A stretch of DNA of 64,000 nucleotides from positions 9,032 through 73,031 of the forward strand of contig JBLMXG010000226.1 in assembly GCA_050257635.1 (NCBI GenBank). The letters are read 5' to 3'. A program made the translations under genes and the position numbers. Positions 28,982-39,012 of the stretch are shown one piece after another. Each line of letters starts with the position of its first letter. The first letter of the stretch is position 1. The notes beneath the pieces were generated by a model that worked only from the letters and a program-made list of their open reading frames with translations, had not been told where the DNA came from and did no database searches. The DNA comes from Chloroflexota bacterium (GTDB lineage Bacteria; Desulfobacterota; Binatia; UBA9968).

Positions 28982-31330
28982 TTGCCGCGAACGAGCCGGT
29001 CAATCCATCGACTAGGAGTTGCACCGACGGTTTGCTATAGTTCTCCGGACAAGGTGAAAGAAACACGACCGCTACTACCGCCGGTTTTTCAAAAAAACGA
29101 GGTGCTGTTCGGCCACGACGGCGCACGGGCATTGATCGCCTTTGAAGTCGAGGGCAACGATCGAGTGCGGATCTATTCCCGACAGGGCGGCACCACGGGC
29201 TCTGAAACCGCGCCGTTCCAACCGCTGATGCTCTTGGCCGGCGATGACGCCTTGAAGGGGTGGCGAGGCGAAGCGCAGATCGAGCGGCTGACAGGCAGCG
29301 GCGCATTCAATCATCTGGCGCTGTTTCCCGATCTGCAGCGACTCGACGACGCCAAAACTTTTTTGCAGAAGAAGACCGGGAAAATGCCGTCGGCGAGCGA
29401 CGCCCCTTATTGGTATTTTAGCGACCCGATGCAGCAGTTCTTGCTGCTTTCGGGCAAGACTCACTTTCTCGGCATGAGCTTCAGTCAGCTCAAGCGCCTG
29501 CAGCTCGATATCGAGACTTATTGCGCTGAAGGTTTTGGCTTTCCGAACGCGGCGCGCGAAAGCGATCGGATCACCGCCATTGCCATGTCCGACTCCACCG
29601 GCTGGGAGCGATTGATCTCAGGCAAAGAGCTCGACGAAGCCGAGATGCTCCGCGAGATGGTCAAGGAGATCCAGCGGCGCGACCCCGACGTGATCGAAGG
29701 ACACAACTTTTTCCGATTCGACCTCGAATATATCGAAGCCCGCGCCAAGCGGCACAAGGTGAATTTGCCCTTGGGGCGGGACGGTTCGGCCCTGAGCGGC
29801 CACGCCTCGCGAATGCAGATCGCCGAGCGCACCATTGCTTACCGCAAATATGAAATCTTTGGCCGCCATATCATCGACACCTGGATTCTCGCGCAGCATT
29901 ACGACGCGGCGACTCGCGAGCTAGAGAATTTCGGCCTCAAAGACATCGCCCGCCACTTCGGCATGGCGGCCGACAGCCGCACCTATATTCCCGGCGACAA
30001 GGCGAGCTGGTATTTCGACCACGACCCCGACACGCTGTTTCGCTACGCCCTCGACGACGTGCGCGAGACTCGCGCGATCTCGGAAATTCTGTCGCCGAGC
30101 TACTTCGTGGAAGCGCAGATTTTTCCGTTCAGCTATCAAAACGTTCCGCTGCGCGGCAACGCGACGAAAATAGACGCGCTGTTCCTGCGCGAGTATCTGC
30201 ACCAACGTCACGCTGTGCCCTACGCCGACGAAGGGCGCGAGGTCATCGGCGGTTTTACCCATATGGAGCGACAGGGGCCGGCCCAGCATGTGCTCCACTG
30301 CGACGTCACATCGCTCTATCCATCGATCATGCTGGTCTACAATTATCTCCCCAAAAAAGACGAGCTTGGCGCCTTTGCCGGCCTGCTCCGGGATCTGCGC
30401 GCGTTTCGGGTCAAAGCCAAGGCGCTGGCTCGCGAGGCGATCGACGACGAAGACAAGGTCTATTTCAACGCCCTGCAGTCGACGTTCAAAATTCTGATCA
30501 ACTCATTCTATGGCTATCTGGGTTTTCAGATGGGCCACTTCAACGACTTCGATGCGGCCAATCAGGTCACTGCCAAGGGGCGCGAGCTGATTCAGGCCGC
30601 GGTCGCCTGGCTCAGGCAAAAAGACGCGCAAATCATCGAAGTCGACACCGATGGCATCTATTTCGTAACGCCGGCTGAGGTCAAAACCGAAGCCGATGAG
30701 CAGCGCTTGATCGCCCAGCTCGGCGAAATTTTGCCCAAAGGCATCGAGCTCGAGCTCGATGGGCGTTACCCGGCGATGTTTAGCTACAAGGTGAAGAACT
30801 ATGCTTTGCTCGATGAGCAAGGCAGGCTGCGCATCAAAGGCTCCGGACTGCGCTCGCGGGGACTCGAGCTTTTTCAACGGGAGTGGCTAGAAGAGATGCT
30901 GATGCTTTTGTTAAAAGACCGGAAAGAGGAGATCCCGGCGCTGTTCGAGCGCTATATCGAGGACATCCAAAAACATCGCAAGGATATTTCCTGGCTGATG
31001 AAAACCGAAACCTTGCAGGACTCCCTGGACAGCTATTTGGCAAAAGTAAAAGCGAAGAAACGCAATGCGGCGGCGACCTACGAGCTCGCGTTGAAATCCG
31101 AGCGGCCCTATCAGCCCGGCGACCAGATTTCCTACTATGTGACCGGCAGCAAAGCCAAGGTCAAAATTAGCGAGAATTGCAAGCCCGCGAGTGATTGGGA
31201 TCGGCAAAATCCGGACGAGAACGTCGAGCACTATCAAGCCAAGCTCGAGGAGCTGTACGAAAAGTTTAGGCCTTGGATCGAGGGGAATACAGCGAAGGAG
31301 GGGGAGCTAGCGCTCGGCACCGAAAACTGA
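28982..31330 (+). CDS. polB: Family B DNA polymerase (Pol II-like)
   Basis: Exo I LDIETY, Exo II GHNFFRFDLEYI, Exo III YALDDVRET, Pol A DVTSLYPSIM, Pol B KILINSFYGYLG, Pol C VDTDGIYF. The start is uncertain: 28982 is TTG, with in-frame GTGs at 29054 and 29102. Confidence 0.9.
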   Translation: MPRTSRSIHRLGVAPTVCYSSPDKVKETRPLLPPVFQKNEVLFGHDGARALIAFEVEGNDRVRIYSRQGGTTGSETAPFQPLMLLAGDDALKGWRGEAQIERLTGSGAFNHLALFPDLQRLDDAKTFLQKKTGKMPSASDAPYWYFSDPMQQFLLLSGKTHFLGMSFSQLKRLQLDIETYCAEGFGFPNAARESDRITAIAMSDSTGWERLISGKELDEAEMLREMVKEIQRRDPDVIEGHNFFRFDLEYIEARAKRHKVNLPLGRDGSALSGHASRMQIAERTIAYRKYEIFGRHIIDTWILAQHYDAATRELENFGLKDIARHFGMAADSRTYIPGDKASWYFDHDPDTLFRYALDDVRETRAISEILSPSYFVEAQIFPFSYQNVPLRGNATKIDALFLREYLHQRHAVPYADEGREVIGGFTHMERQGPAQHVLHCDVTSLYPSIMLVYNYLPKKDELGAFAGLLRDLRAFRVKAKALAREAIDDEDKVYFNALQSTFKILINSFYGYLGFQMGHFNDFDAANQVTAKGRELIQAAVAWLRQKDAQIIEVDTDGIYFVTPAEVKTEADEQRLIAQLGEILPKGIELELDGRYPAMFSYKVKNYALLDEQGRLRIKGSGLRSRGLELFQREWLEEMLMLLLKDRKEEIPALFERYIEDIQKHRKDISWLMKTETLQDSLDSYLAKVKAKKRNAAATYELALKSERPYQPGDQISYYVTGSKAKVKISENCKPASDWDRQNPDENVEHYQAKLEELYEKFRPWIEGNTAKEGELALGTEN

Positions 31331-31383
31331 AAAGTACATTCAAATGCCGGGCAAAAACTTGTAAAATTGGGTTGGCAATACTC

Positions 31384-32121
31384 ATGATCGATCAAAAAGT
31401 AGCCTTGATCACCGGCGGCGCGCGCGGCATCGCCCGTGCCGTCACTTTGGATCTCGCCGCGCGCGGCTGGGCGGTGGCGATATGCTACCGCACCAGCGCC
31501 AGGGAAGCAGCCGAGGTTATGGACGCCGTGCGGCAAGCAGGCGCGAGGGGCTTAGCGTTTCAGACCGACGTTTCCGACCCTCGAGCGGCAACGGAATGGG
31601 TGCGTCGAGTGCACGATTCTTGGGGTCGCATCGATGCGCTGATCAACGGCGCCGGTCCCTATCACCGCGTCAATTTGCTGCAAGAGACCAACGAAGCCTG
31701 GCACTCGATGTTCGACAACAACCTTCACTCAGTTTTTTATTTGAGCCAAGCGGTCATTCCGCTCATGCGAGAGCGTCGCTGGGGGCGCATTGTCTGCTTC
31801 AGCATGGCCAACGCCGAACAGCTCGTGGCGCAACCGCAGCTCACCGCCCATTACATCGCCAAGGTCGGCCTGCTCGCGCTGTCCCGTTCCTTCGCCAAGC
31901 TGATCGCCGCCGACGGCATCACCATGAATTGCGTATCGCCTGGCTTCATCGATTCTGGCAGCGCCCCCAAGGAAGAACTCGAACGCATGGTCAAGTTTAT
32001 CCCGGCAGGTCACGTCGGCACGGTCGACGACGCCGTGGCGGCCGTGCGATTTTTGTTATCGGACGAGGCGCACTACGTCAACGGCGCCCATATCCAACTG
32101 AGCGGTGCTTGGGGCGTCTAA
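31384..32121 (+). CDS. SDR family oxidoreductase
   Basis: ATG at 31384 gives MIDQKVALITGGARGIARAV (TGxxxGIG-type motif). About 245 aa, classical SDR length. Confidence 0.88.
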   Translation: MIDQKVALITGGARGIARAVTLDLAARGWAVAICYRTSAREAAEVMDAVRQAGARGLAFQTDVSDPRAATEWVRRVHDSWGRIDALINGAGPYHRVNLLQETNEAWHSMFDNNLHSVFYLSQAVIPLMRERRWGRIVCFSMANAEQLVAQPQLTAHYIAKVGLLALSRSFAKLIAADGITMNCVSPGFIDSGSAPKEELERMVKFIPAGHVGTVDDAVAAVRFLLSDEAHYVNGAHIQLSGAWGV

Positions 32122-32169
32122 AGCATACGGCAGGATGACGACGGGACGATCATTTGAATAGGGGCCACG

Positions 32170-32652
32170 GTGAAAACCAAAGAGGAAGAACGTGCCCTGG
32201 AGCTGATCGAACAGGCGATGAAACACCAGATGGCGCGGGAATTCGACGACGCGATCCGCTTGTACAAGGAATCCATCGCTCTTCATCCCACGGCCGATGC
32301 GCACACTTACTTGGGATGGGCCTATAGTTTTTTGGGCCGGCTTAACGAAGCGATCGCTCAATGCGAGATCGCCATCGAGCTCGATCCCGAATTCGGCAAC
32401 CCGTACAACGATATCGGCGTTTACCTCATGCAGCAGCAGCGGTCGGATGACGCGATCCCATGGCTCGAACGTGCCAAGACAGCAAAGCGCTATGAGCCAC
32501 GCCATTTCCCCTATATCAATCTCGGCCGGATCTACTTGACCAAGGGCATGATTCAGAAAGCCCTGGATGAATTCGGCGGAGCGCTGAAAATCAAGCCCGA
32601 CGACGGCGAGCTTGCCCAGCTTGTCGAAGAGCTGAGAACCAAGCTCCAGTAG
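32170..32652 (+). CDS. TPR repeat protein
   Basis: GTG start, 160 aa with 3-4 TPR units (AIRLYKESIALHPTADAHTYLGWAY..., AIELDPEFGNPYNDIGVY...). Confidence 0.8.
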   Translation: MKTKEEERALELIEQAMKHQMAREFDDAIRLYKESIALHPTADAHTYLGWAYSFLGRLNEAIAQCEIAIELDPEFGNPYNDIGVYLMQQQRSDDAIPWLERAKTAKRYEPRHFPYINLGRIYLTKGMIQKALDEFGGALKIKPDDGELAQLVEELRTKLQ

Positions 32653-32674
32653 CCGATTTGCCGATTGCAACGGC

Positions 32675-32699
32675 GCGCTCAGCCCGAGCGCATTATTTT
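32675..32699 (+). terminator. Intrinsic-terminator-like hairpin after the TPR gene
   Basis: GCGCTC-agcc-c-GAGCGC followed by ATTATTTT. The T-rich tail overlaps the last codons of the convergent aminotransferase gene. Confidence 0.45.
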
Positions 32700-34015
32700 G
32701 CGGCGCTAATCGCCGCGTCGAAAATACTCACGGCGGTATTCGCTTCTTCTTCCTTGACGATCAGAGGCGGACAAAAACGCAGCGTGCTCTCGCCGCAGCT
32801 GAGGAGCAGCAAGCCTTTCTCAAAACATCTCTGCATGACCCGATCGCGTAGCGCCCCATCGTGTGCGCCGCTGCCGTCGCCTTTATCAAATTCCACACCG
32901 ATCATCAGTCCCAAACCGCGCACGTCGCCGATCACCGAGTGGCGCGCTTTGAGCGCGCTCAAACGCTCTTTGAGGATCGCGCCGACTCGGGCCGCGTTTT
33001 CGACCAGACCCGCTTCGAGTAGCTCGATCGTCGCTAGGGCAGCGGCGCAGGCAACCGGATTGCCTCCGAAGGTACTGCCATGGGCGCCGCGCGACCAGGT
33101 GCTGATGTCCGCGCGCGCGATCATCGCGCCGAGCGGCATGCCGCTGGCGATCCCTTTTGCGGCGCAAAGAATATCGGGCTCGATGCCCCAATGTTCGCTC
33201 GCAAACATCTTGCCGGTGCGGCCGAAGCCAGATTGAATTTCGTCCACCACCAAGAGAATTCGATGCTTGCGGCAGAGATCCTGGAGCATGGGCAAATATT
33301 CCGCCGGCGGCACCACATAGCCGCCCTCGCCTTGGACCGGCTCGACGAAAACCGCCGCCACTTCCTCGGGGCGGACCTCGTAGCGAAAGACAACCTTCTC
33401 CAGCACCTGCACGCATTCGATACCGCAGGAGCCATATTTCAAATGGTAAGGACAGCGATGGCAGAAACCGTAGGGAATATGATGCACGCCGGGGATCAAC
33501 GGCCCGAAGTGCGCCCGGTGCGACGAGCGGCTCGCGGTCAGCGAAAGGGCGCCGAGCGTTCGGCCATGAAACGAGCCGTGAAAGGCGATGACGTGCTGGC
33601 GCTTGCTATGATGTCGCGCAAGCTTGAACGCGGCCTCCACGGCTTCGGTCCCCGAGTTGGTGAAAAAAATTTTTTTTGGTGCGGCGCCCGGAGCCAGCCG
33701 GTTGAGCTTCTCGGCCAGCTCGACCATCGGCTCGTAATAGTAATCGCTGCCGCAAATATGCAGAAACTTTTTTGCCTGTTCTTCGATCGCTTTGACCACG
33801 CGCGGATGCGAATGACCGGTGCTGGCGACGGCGATACCGGCCATAAAATCGAGAAACCGGTTGCCGTCGACGTCCTCGACCACCATGCCTTGCGCGCGCT
33901 CGACGACCAGCGGATAGACCCTGCCGTAGGCCGGCGCGGTGTATTGTTGATCGCGCTCGACGATCGCTTTTGCCTTTGGCCCAGGCAGTGGGGTTTTGAT
34001 CAGCGGTGCTTTCAT
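32693..34015 (-). CDS. Class III (acetylornithine/GABA-type) pyridoxal-phosphate aminotransferase
   Basis: 440 aa. SGTEAVEAA, VDEIQSGFGRTG and the PLP-lysine region DILCAAKGIASG. Confidence 0.92.
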   Translation of the reverse strand: MKAPLIKTPLPGPKAKAIVERDQQYTAPAYGRVYPLVVERAQGMVVEDVDGNRFLDFMAGIAVASTGHSHPRVVKAIEEQAKKFLHICGSDYYYEPMVELAEKLNRLAPGAAPKKIFFTNSGTEAVEAAFKLARHHSKRQHVIAFHGSFHGRTLGALSLTASRSSHRAHFGPLIPGVHHIPYGFCHRCPYHLKYGSCGIECVQVLEKVVFRYEVRPEEVAAVFVEPVQGEGGYVVPPAEYLPMLQDLCRKHRILLVVDEIQSGFGRTGKMFASEHWGIEPDILCAAKGIASGMPLGAMIARADISTWSRGAHGSTFGGNPVACAAALATIELLEAGLVENAARVGAILKERLSALKARHSVIGDVRGLGLMIGVEFDKGDGSGAHDGALRDRVMQRCFEKGLLLLSCGESTLRFCPPLIVKEEEANTAVSIFDAAISAAK

Positions 34016-34091
34016 ATTCCATCCGGTTTCTAGTTTCTGGTTTCTCGTTCCTAGTCCCTTGAATCGAAACTAGCAACGGGAAGCTTGAAAC

Positions 34092-35582
34092 TTAATCAGC
34101 GTTGTCAATCTGCGCTTTTTGCAGCTTGCCAGAGTAATCCACGTAAATTGATTTCCATTCGCTAAAGATATCGTAAACCGTGGTGCCGGCTTCGCGGTGG
34201 CCATTGCCAGTATTCTTGACGCCGCCGAACGGAAGATGAACTTCCGCGCCGATGGTCGGACCGTTCACGTAAGTAATGCCCGCTTCAATGTCGCGCATGG
34301 CGCGAAAGGCGCGGCCCACGTCTTGAGTGTAAATCGAGCTCGACAGGCCATAAACCGTGCCGTTCAAGACTTCGACGGCTTCTTCGAAGCTGTTGACTTC
34401 GATGACCGACAGTACCGGACCGAAGATTTCTTCCTGCGCGATCCGCATGTTCGGCCGGACGCGGTCGAAGATCGTCGGTTGAAAGAAATATCCGTTGGCG
34501 CAGATGCCGGATTCGTGGGTCGCGCCGCCGGTTAGCAGCCGAGCGCCTTCCTGTTTGCCGATATTGATGTAGCGCAGCACTTTCTCGCGCGCCGCGGCGT
34601 TGATCAGCGGTCCCATATCGATGTTTTCATCCACACCATCGCCGATCTTGATCTGCTCGACTCGCGCTACCAGCCGGTCGGTCAACGTTTTGGCGACTTG
34701 CCGGTGCACAATCAAACGGCTCGTCGCAGTGCAGCGCTGACCGGTGGTGCCAAAGGCGCCCCACAGCGCGCCTTCGAGCGCGAGATCAAGGTCCCCGTCC
34801 TCCAGAACGATCTGGGCGTTCTTGCCGCCCAGCTCCAATGAAACGCGTTTTAGATTTTGCCCGCAGACCGACGCAATCTCGCGGCCCACAGCAGCGGAAC
34901 CGGTGAACGATACGAGCTGCACGTCGGCGTGGCGCACCACCGCAGCGCCGACTTCTTCGCCGCGCCCGTGCACCAGGTTGACGACCCCAGATGGAATCCC
35001 GGCCTCGATGAGAATTTCAACCAGCCGTACGGCGGTCATCGGCGTATCTTCGGCCGGTTTGAGCACCACCGTGTTGCCGCACAGCAGCGCCGGAAACATT
35101 TTCCAGGTGGGAATCGCCATGGGAAAATTCCACGGCGTGATCAGTGCGCACACGCCGATCGGCGTGCGCACCGACATGGCGAATTTGTTCGGCAGCTCGG
35201 CCGGCGTGGTCTGGCCGAAAAGCCGCCGTCCCTCCCCTGCCGCGTAAAAGGCGGTGTCGATCCCCTCTTGAACGTCGCCGCGGGTCTCCTTGATTATTTT
35301 GCCCATCTCCCGGGTCATGCCGCGAGCGATCTCTTCTTTATGCTTGTGCATAAGCTCGCCGACGCGATAGAGGAGCTCGCCCCGCTTCGGCGCCGGCACG
35401 AGGCGCCAGGCACCGAACGCTCGTTTCGCCGCTTGCACCGCCGCATCCGCGTCATCGGCTCCGGAAGCGGGGAACAAGCCAATCAAGTCGTTGCGGTCGG
35501 CGGGGTTACGGTTTTCAAAAACCCTGCCCGATTTTGCCGCCAGCCATTTGCCATCGACATAGTTTTTGAATTGATCCGCCAT
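34092..35582 (-). CDS. NAD(P)-dependent aldehyde dehydrogenase
   Basis: Catalytic Glu (LELGGKNA) and Cys (GQRCTA) motifs. 496 aa. Confidence 0.93.
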   Translation of the reverse strand: MADQFKNYVDGKWLAAKSGRVFENRNPADRNDLIGLFPASGADDADAAVQAAKRAFGAWRLVPAPKRGELLYRVGELMHKHKEEIARGMTREMGKIIKETRGDVQEGIDTAFYAAGEGRRLFGQTTPAELPNKFAMSVRTPIGVCALITPWNFPMAIPTWKMFPALLCGNTVVLKPAEDTPMTAVRLVEILIEAGIPSGVVNLVHGRGEEVGAAVVRHADVQLVSFTGSAAVGREIASVCGQNLKRVSLELGGKNAQIVLEDGDLDLALEGALWGAFGTTGQRCTATSRLIVHRQVAKTLTDRLVARVEQIKIGDGVDENIDMGPLINAAAREKVLRYINIGKQEGARLLTGGATHESGICANGYFFQPTIFDRVRPNMRIAQEEIFGPVLSVIEVNSFEEAVEVLNGTVYGLSSSIYTQDVGRAFRAMRDIEAGITYVNGPTIGAEVHLPFGGVKNTGNGHREAGTTVYDIFSEWKSIYVDYSGKLQKAQIDNAD

Positions 35583-35841
35583 AACCGTTCTCCTGAATTT
35601 CGCAGCTTTTCCACTGCGCGCAGCGCAAGGGGTGAGACGGGTTGTATTTTAATGGCCTCTCCTGCCGAACACAATGCCGATCGATTATTCTCGCTTAGCC
35701 GGTTGCACGAAGAAAAATAAACGTTTAGATCGTAGGATAAATTGTTTTTAAATCTTCGGTCGGCTAGCTTTAGCCAACCTCGCGCTATCACAGATCCAAA
35801 CGATGATTCAACGCAAGCAACACTAAAGTAAGAGGGGTAAG

Positions 35842-36867
35842 ATGATGAAGAATCTTTTTTGTGCCCTACTTGCGGTTGTCGGCCTCGCCCGCGTCGGCGA
35901 AGCTGCCAGCGTACAAGAATTTTACAAAGGCAAGACGGTAAAAATCGTCGTCGGCTTCTCAGCCGGGGGTGGCTTTGATACCTACGCCCGCGCCCTCGCG
36001 CGGCACATGGGCAAGCATATTCCCGGCGCCCCCGCCATCGTGGTCGATAACATGACCGGCGCCGGCAGCTTGATCGCCGCCAACTATTTATTTAAGGTTG
36101 CCCGGCCCGATGGCTTGACCATCGGCCATTTCATCGGCGGTCTGTTTCTCGGCCAGGTGCTCGGCCAGCCCGGTATTGAATTCGATGCGCGCAAATTCGA
36201 ATTCATCGGCGCGCCGATCAGCGACCATGTGGTTTGCGCCATGACCAAAGCGAGCGGCATCACCAGCATAGATAAATGGCTGGCGTCGAAGACTCCGATA
36301 AAGATGGGCGGTATCGCCCCCGGCACCTCGACGCCCGACAACGCCACGAGAATCCTAAAAGCAGCTCTCGGGCTGCCCATCCAGCTCGTCACCGGCTACA
36401 AAGGCACCGCCGATATTCGGCTGGCGGCCGAAAGCGGAGAGGTCGCCGGCGGCTGTTGGGGCTGGGATTCGGTGAGTGTCACTTGGCGTAAGGCCTTGGA
36501 TTCCGGCGATGCCGTCGTCGTGCTTCAAGCCAACCGCAAGAACCACCCCGATTTGCCCAAGGTGCCGCAGGCGATCAAATACGCCAAGACCGAAGAGGGC
36601 CGCAAAATGATCGAGGTCGGCATTCACGGCGACAGCGATATCGTGCGCACCTATACCCTACCGCCGGGGACACCCAAGGATCGGGTCCAACTCTTGCGCA
36701 AGGCCTTCGACGCGACGCTTAGAGACCCGGAATTTCTTGCCGATGCAAAAAAATCCAAGCTCAACGTCGATCCGATCCCGGCAAGCGATATCGAGAAGAC
36801 GATCTCCGCGCTCTTCAAACTCGATCCTGTTTTGGTGGCCAAGCTCAAAGACGTTCTTTACAACTAA
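35842..36867 (+). CDS. Tripartite tricarboxylate transporter substrate-binding protein (TctC/Bug family)
   Basis: Signal peptide, then FYKGKTVKIVVGFSAGGGFDTYAR...NMTGAGS, typical of the Bug family. Confidence 0.88.
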   Translation: MMKNLFCALLAVVGLARVGEAASVQEFYKGKTVKIVVGFSAGGGFDTYARALARHMGKHIPGAPAIVVDNMTGAGSLIAANYLFKVARPDGLTIGHFIGGLFLGQVLGQPGIEFDARKFEFIGAPISDHVVCAMTKASGITSIDKWLASKTPIKMGGIAPGTSTPDNATRILKAALGLPIQLVTGYKGTADIRLAAESGEVAGGCWGWDSVSVTWRKALDSGDAVVVLQANRKNHPDLPKVPQAIKYAKTEEGRKMIEVGIHGDSDIVRTYTLPPGTPKDRVQLLRKAFDATLRDPEFLADAKKSKLNVDPIPASDIEKTISALFKLDPVLVAKLKDVLYN

Positions 36868-36927
36868 ATGCACCACTGATATTTAGCGACGAACATCCCG
36901 GGCCTGGTGTGGAGGATTGATAGATCG

Positions 36928-38958
36928 ATGGACATGTTACATGCGCTCGTTTCCGGTTTTCTTCAGTGCTTCAATTTGTCGACCTTCAATTTGATGATGG
37001 TCGGCATTGCGATTGGCTTCGTGGTCGGAATTTTGCCCGGCCTCGGCGGCCCTACCGCCATGGCCCTCATGCTGCCATTCGTGTTTAAAATGAGCGCCGT
37101 CGAAGCGTTTGCGTTCCTGCTCGGCATGACCGCGGTCACGGCGACCACCGGCGATATCACCTCCGTGCTCTTCGGCGTTCCCGGCGAGCCCACCACCGCT
37201 TCGACCATCGTCGACGGCCATGCGATGGCGCGCAACGGCGAGACCGGCCGCGCCCTGGGCGCGGTGCTCATGAGTTCCCTGGTCGGCGCGGTGTTTGCCG
37301 GAGTCGCGCTGGGCGCGGCGGTACCGATCATTCGCCCGCTGGTTCTGTCATTCGGCTCGCCGGAATTTTTCATGTTGTCGATACTCGGGATTTCCTTCGT
37401 TGCCGCGCTCAGCGGCGAAGATGTTCTCAAAGGCATGGTTGCCGGCGGCATCGGTCTCATGCTCGCCACCATCGGCTTGGATCCGATCTCCGGCATTCAG
37501 CGTTACACCTTCGGCCAGCTTTTCCTGTGGGACGGCATCGGCCTGGTGCCGATCACCATCGGTTTTTACGCCATCCCGGAAACCATCGAGCTTGCTGTGC
37601 TCGGCACAAGCATTTCAAACAAAGATGTCGGCGAGTTCGGTGGCGTCATGGAGGGAGTCAAGGACACCTTCCGCCATTGGTGGCTGGTCATTCGTTGTAG
37701 CGCTCTGGGCACCTTAACCGCAATCATTCCCGGCATGGGCGCGGCGACAACCCAGTGGCTCGCCTACGCTCACGCCGTGCAAAGCTCGCCCAATAAAGAA
37801 CGGTTCGGTAAAGGCGACGTCCGCGGAGTATTGGGTCCCGGAGCGGCAAACAACTCCACGCTCGGCGGCAGCTTGATTACCACCATTGCGTTCGGCGTCC
37901 CCGCCAGCGTGATCATGGCGATCCTGCTCGGCGCCTTTATCATTCAAGGCATCGTTCCGGGTCCGGATATGTTGATCCCGCCGCCCAAAGGCAAGCTCGA
38001 TCTGACCTATTCGTTTGTCTGGGTCATCATTATTTCCAACATCATCACCGTCGCGATCTGTTTTCTGTTTCTCAAACCGCTGGCTAAAGTCACTCAGGTT
38101 CGCGGCAGCATCATCATCCCCATCATACTGATCTTGATCTATCTCGGCGCTTTCGCGGAGAAAAATGCCTTCGAAGACATGCTCGTCGTCCTGTTCTTCG
38201 GCGCGCTGGGCTGGATCATGGAAAAACTGGAGTGGCCGCGACCGCCGGTATTGTTGGGGCTTGTCCTCGGCCCCCTGGCAGAGAATCGGCTGTTCTTATC
38301 TACCGACAATTACGGCTGGGCCTGGACCGCCAGGCCCGGCGTTCTGGGAATTTTTGCTTTGACGCTGTTTGGAGTATTTTATCCGCTGCTCAAGAGCCGC
38401 CGGGAAGCACGCGAGAAAGCCCAGTCTGAGAGCACCTTGGAGACATCGACGAAAGAGCCGGGCCCCCAAGGCATCCGTTTCAGCGCAGCAGTGCTGTTCA
38501 CCGGAGCGATCGTCGTGGTGCTTGCGATCGCGCTTTGGGACAGTCGCGATTTCGGCTATCGTGCCGGTCTTTTCCCGTGGGTTGTCGGCACACCGACCTT
38601 GGTTTTCGCTATCGGACAGTTCGTTAGAGATCTCTATGGCAAGAAGAAAAAGGCCGAAGGCGGATTGGCACAGTCGGTAGAGGTCGAAGTCGAAATCGCT
38701 CCGGAGCTGGTGCGTAAGCGAACCATCTCGATCATCTTGTGGATTTTTGGTTTTTTCCTGGTGATTTGGCTGCTCGGCTTCTCGTACGCCGTGCCGCTGA
38801 CGATTTTCCTCTATTTGTGGTTCGCCAACGAGAGCTGGTTCATCAGCATCTCGGTAACCTTTTTCTCCTGGCTGTTTTACTGGAGCCTGTTCGAGAAGAT
38901 GCTCGACGTGCCGTTTCCGGAAGGCTACTTGATCACGCTGATTAAAGGAGGGCAGTAA
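36928..38958 (+). CDS. TctA-family large permease fused to a C-terminal TctB-like four-helix module
   Basis: About 500 aa of TctA-like TM core, a charged linker (KSRREAREKAQSESTLETSTKEPG), then about 170 aa with 4 TM helices resembling TctB. ATG at 36928 follows GGAGGA. Confidence 0.82.
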   Translation: MDMLHALVSGFLQCFNLSTFNLMMVGIAIGFVVGILPGLGGPTAMALMLPFVFKMSAVEAFAFLLGMTAVTATTGDITSVLFGVPGEPTTASTIVDGHAMARNGETGRALGAVLMSSLVGAVFAGVALGAAVPIIRPLVLSFGSPEFFMLSILGISFVAALSGEDVLKGMVAGGIGLMLATIGLDPISGIQRYTFGQLFLWDGIGLVPITIGFYAIPETIELAVLGTSISNKDVGEFGGVMEGVKDTFRHWWLVIRCSALGTLTAIIPGMGAATTQWLAYAHAVQSSPNKERFGKGDVRGVLGPGAANNSTLGGSLITTIAFGVPASVIMAILLGAFIIQGIVPGPDMLIPPPKGKLDLTYSFVWVIIISNIITVAICFLFLKPLAKVTQVRGSIIIPIILILIYLGAFAEKNAFEDMLVVLFFGALGWIMEKLEWPRPPVLLGLVLGPLAENRLFLSTDNYGWAWTARPGVLGIFALTLFGVFYPLLKSRREAREKAQSESTLETSTKEPGPQGIRFSAAVLFTGAIVVVLAIALWDSRDFGYRAGLFPWVVGTPTLVFAIGQFVRDLYGKKKKAEGGLAQSVEVEVEIAPELVRKRTISIILWIFGFFLVIWLLGFSYAVPLTIFLYLWFANESWFISISVTFFSWLFYWSLFEKMLDVPFPEGYLITLIKGGQ

Positions 38959-39012
38959 ATAGGTAAGCCACTCCAGCGTCAAAGAGATGCGCTAACCGTG
39001 AAAGGTGAGCGC

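Noticed and set aside
28982-31330. Family B polymerase as a marker of a casposon, a pPolB plasmid or a prophage
   Set aside because: No Cas1, terminal protein, integrase, capsid genes or terminal inverted repeats are nearby. The flanking genes are ordinary metabolic genes, and I noticed no compositional break by eye.
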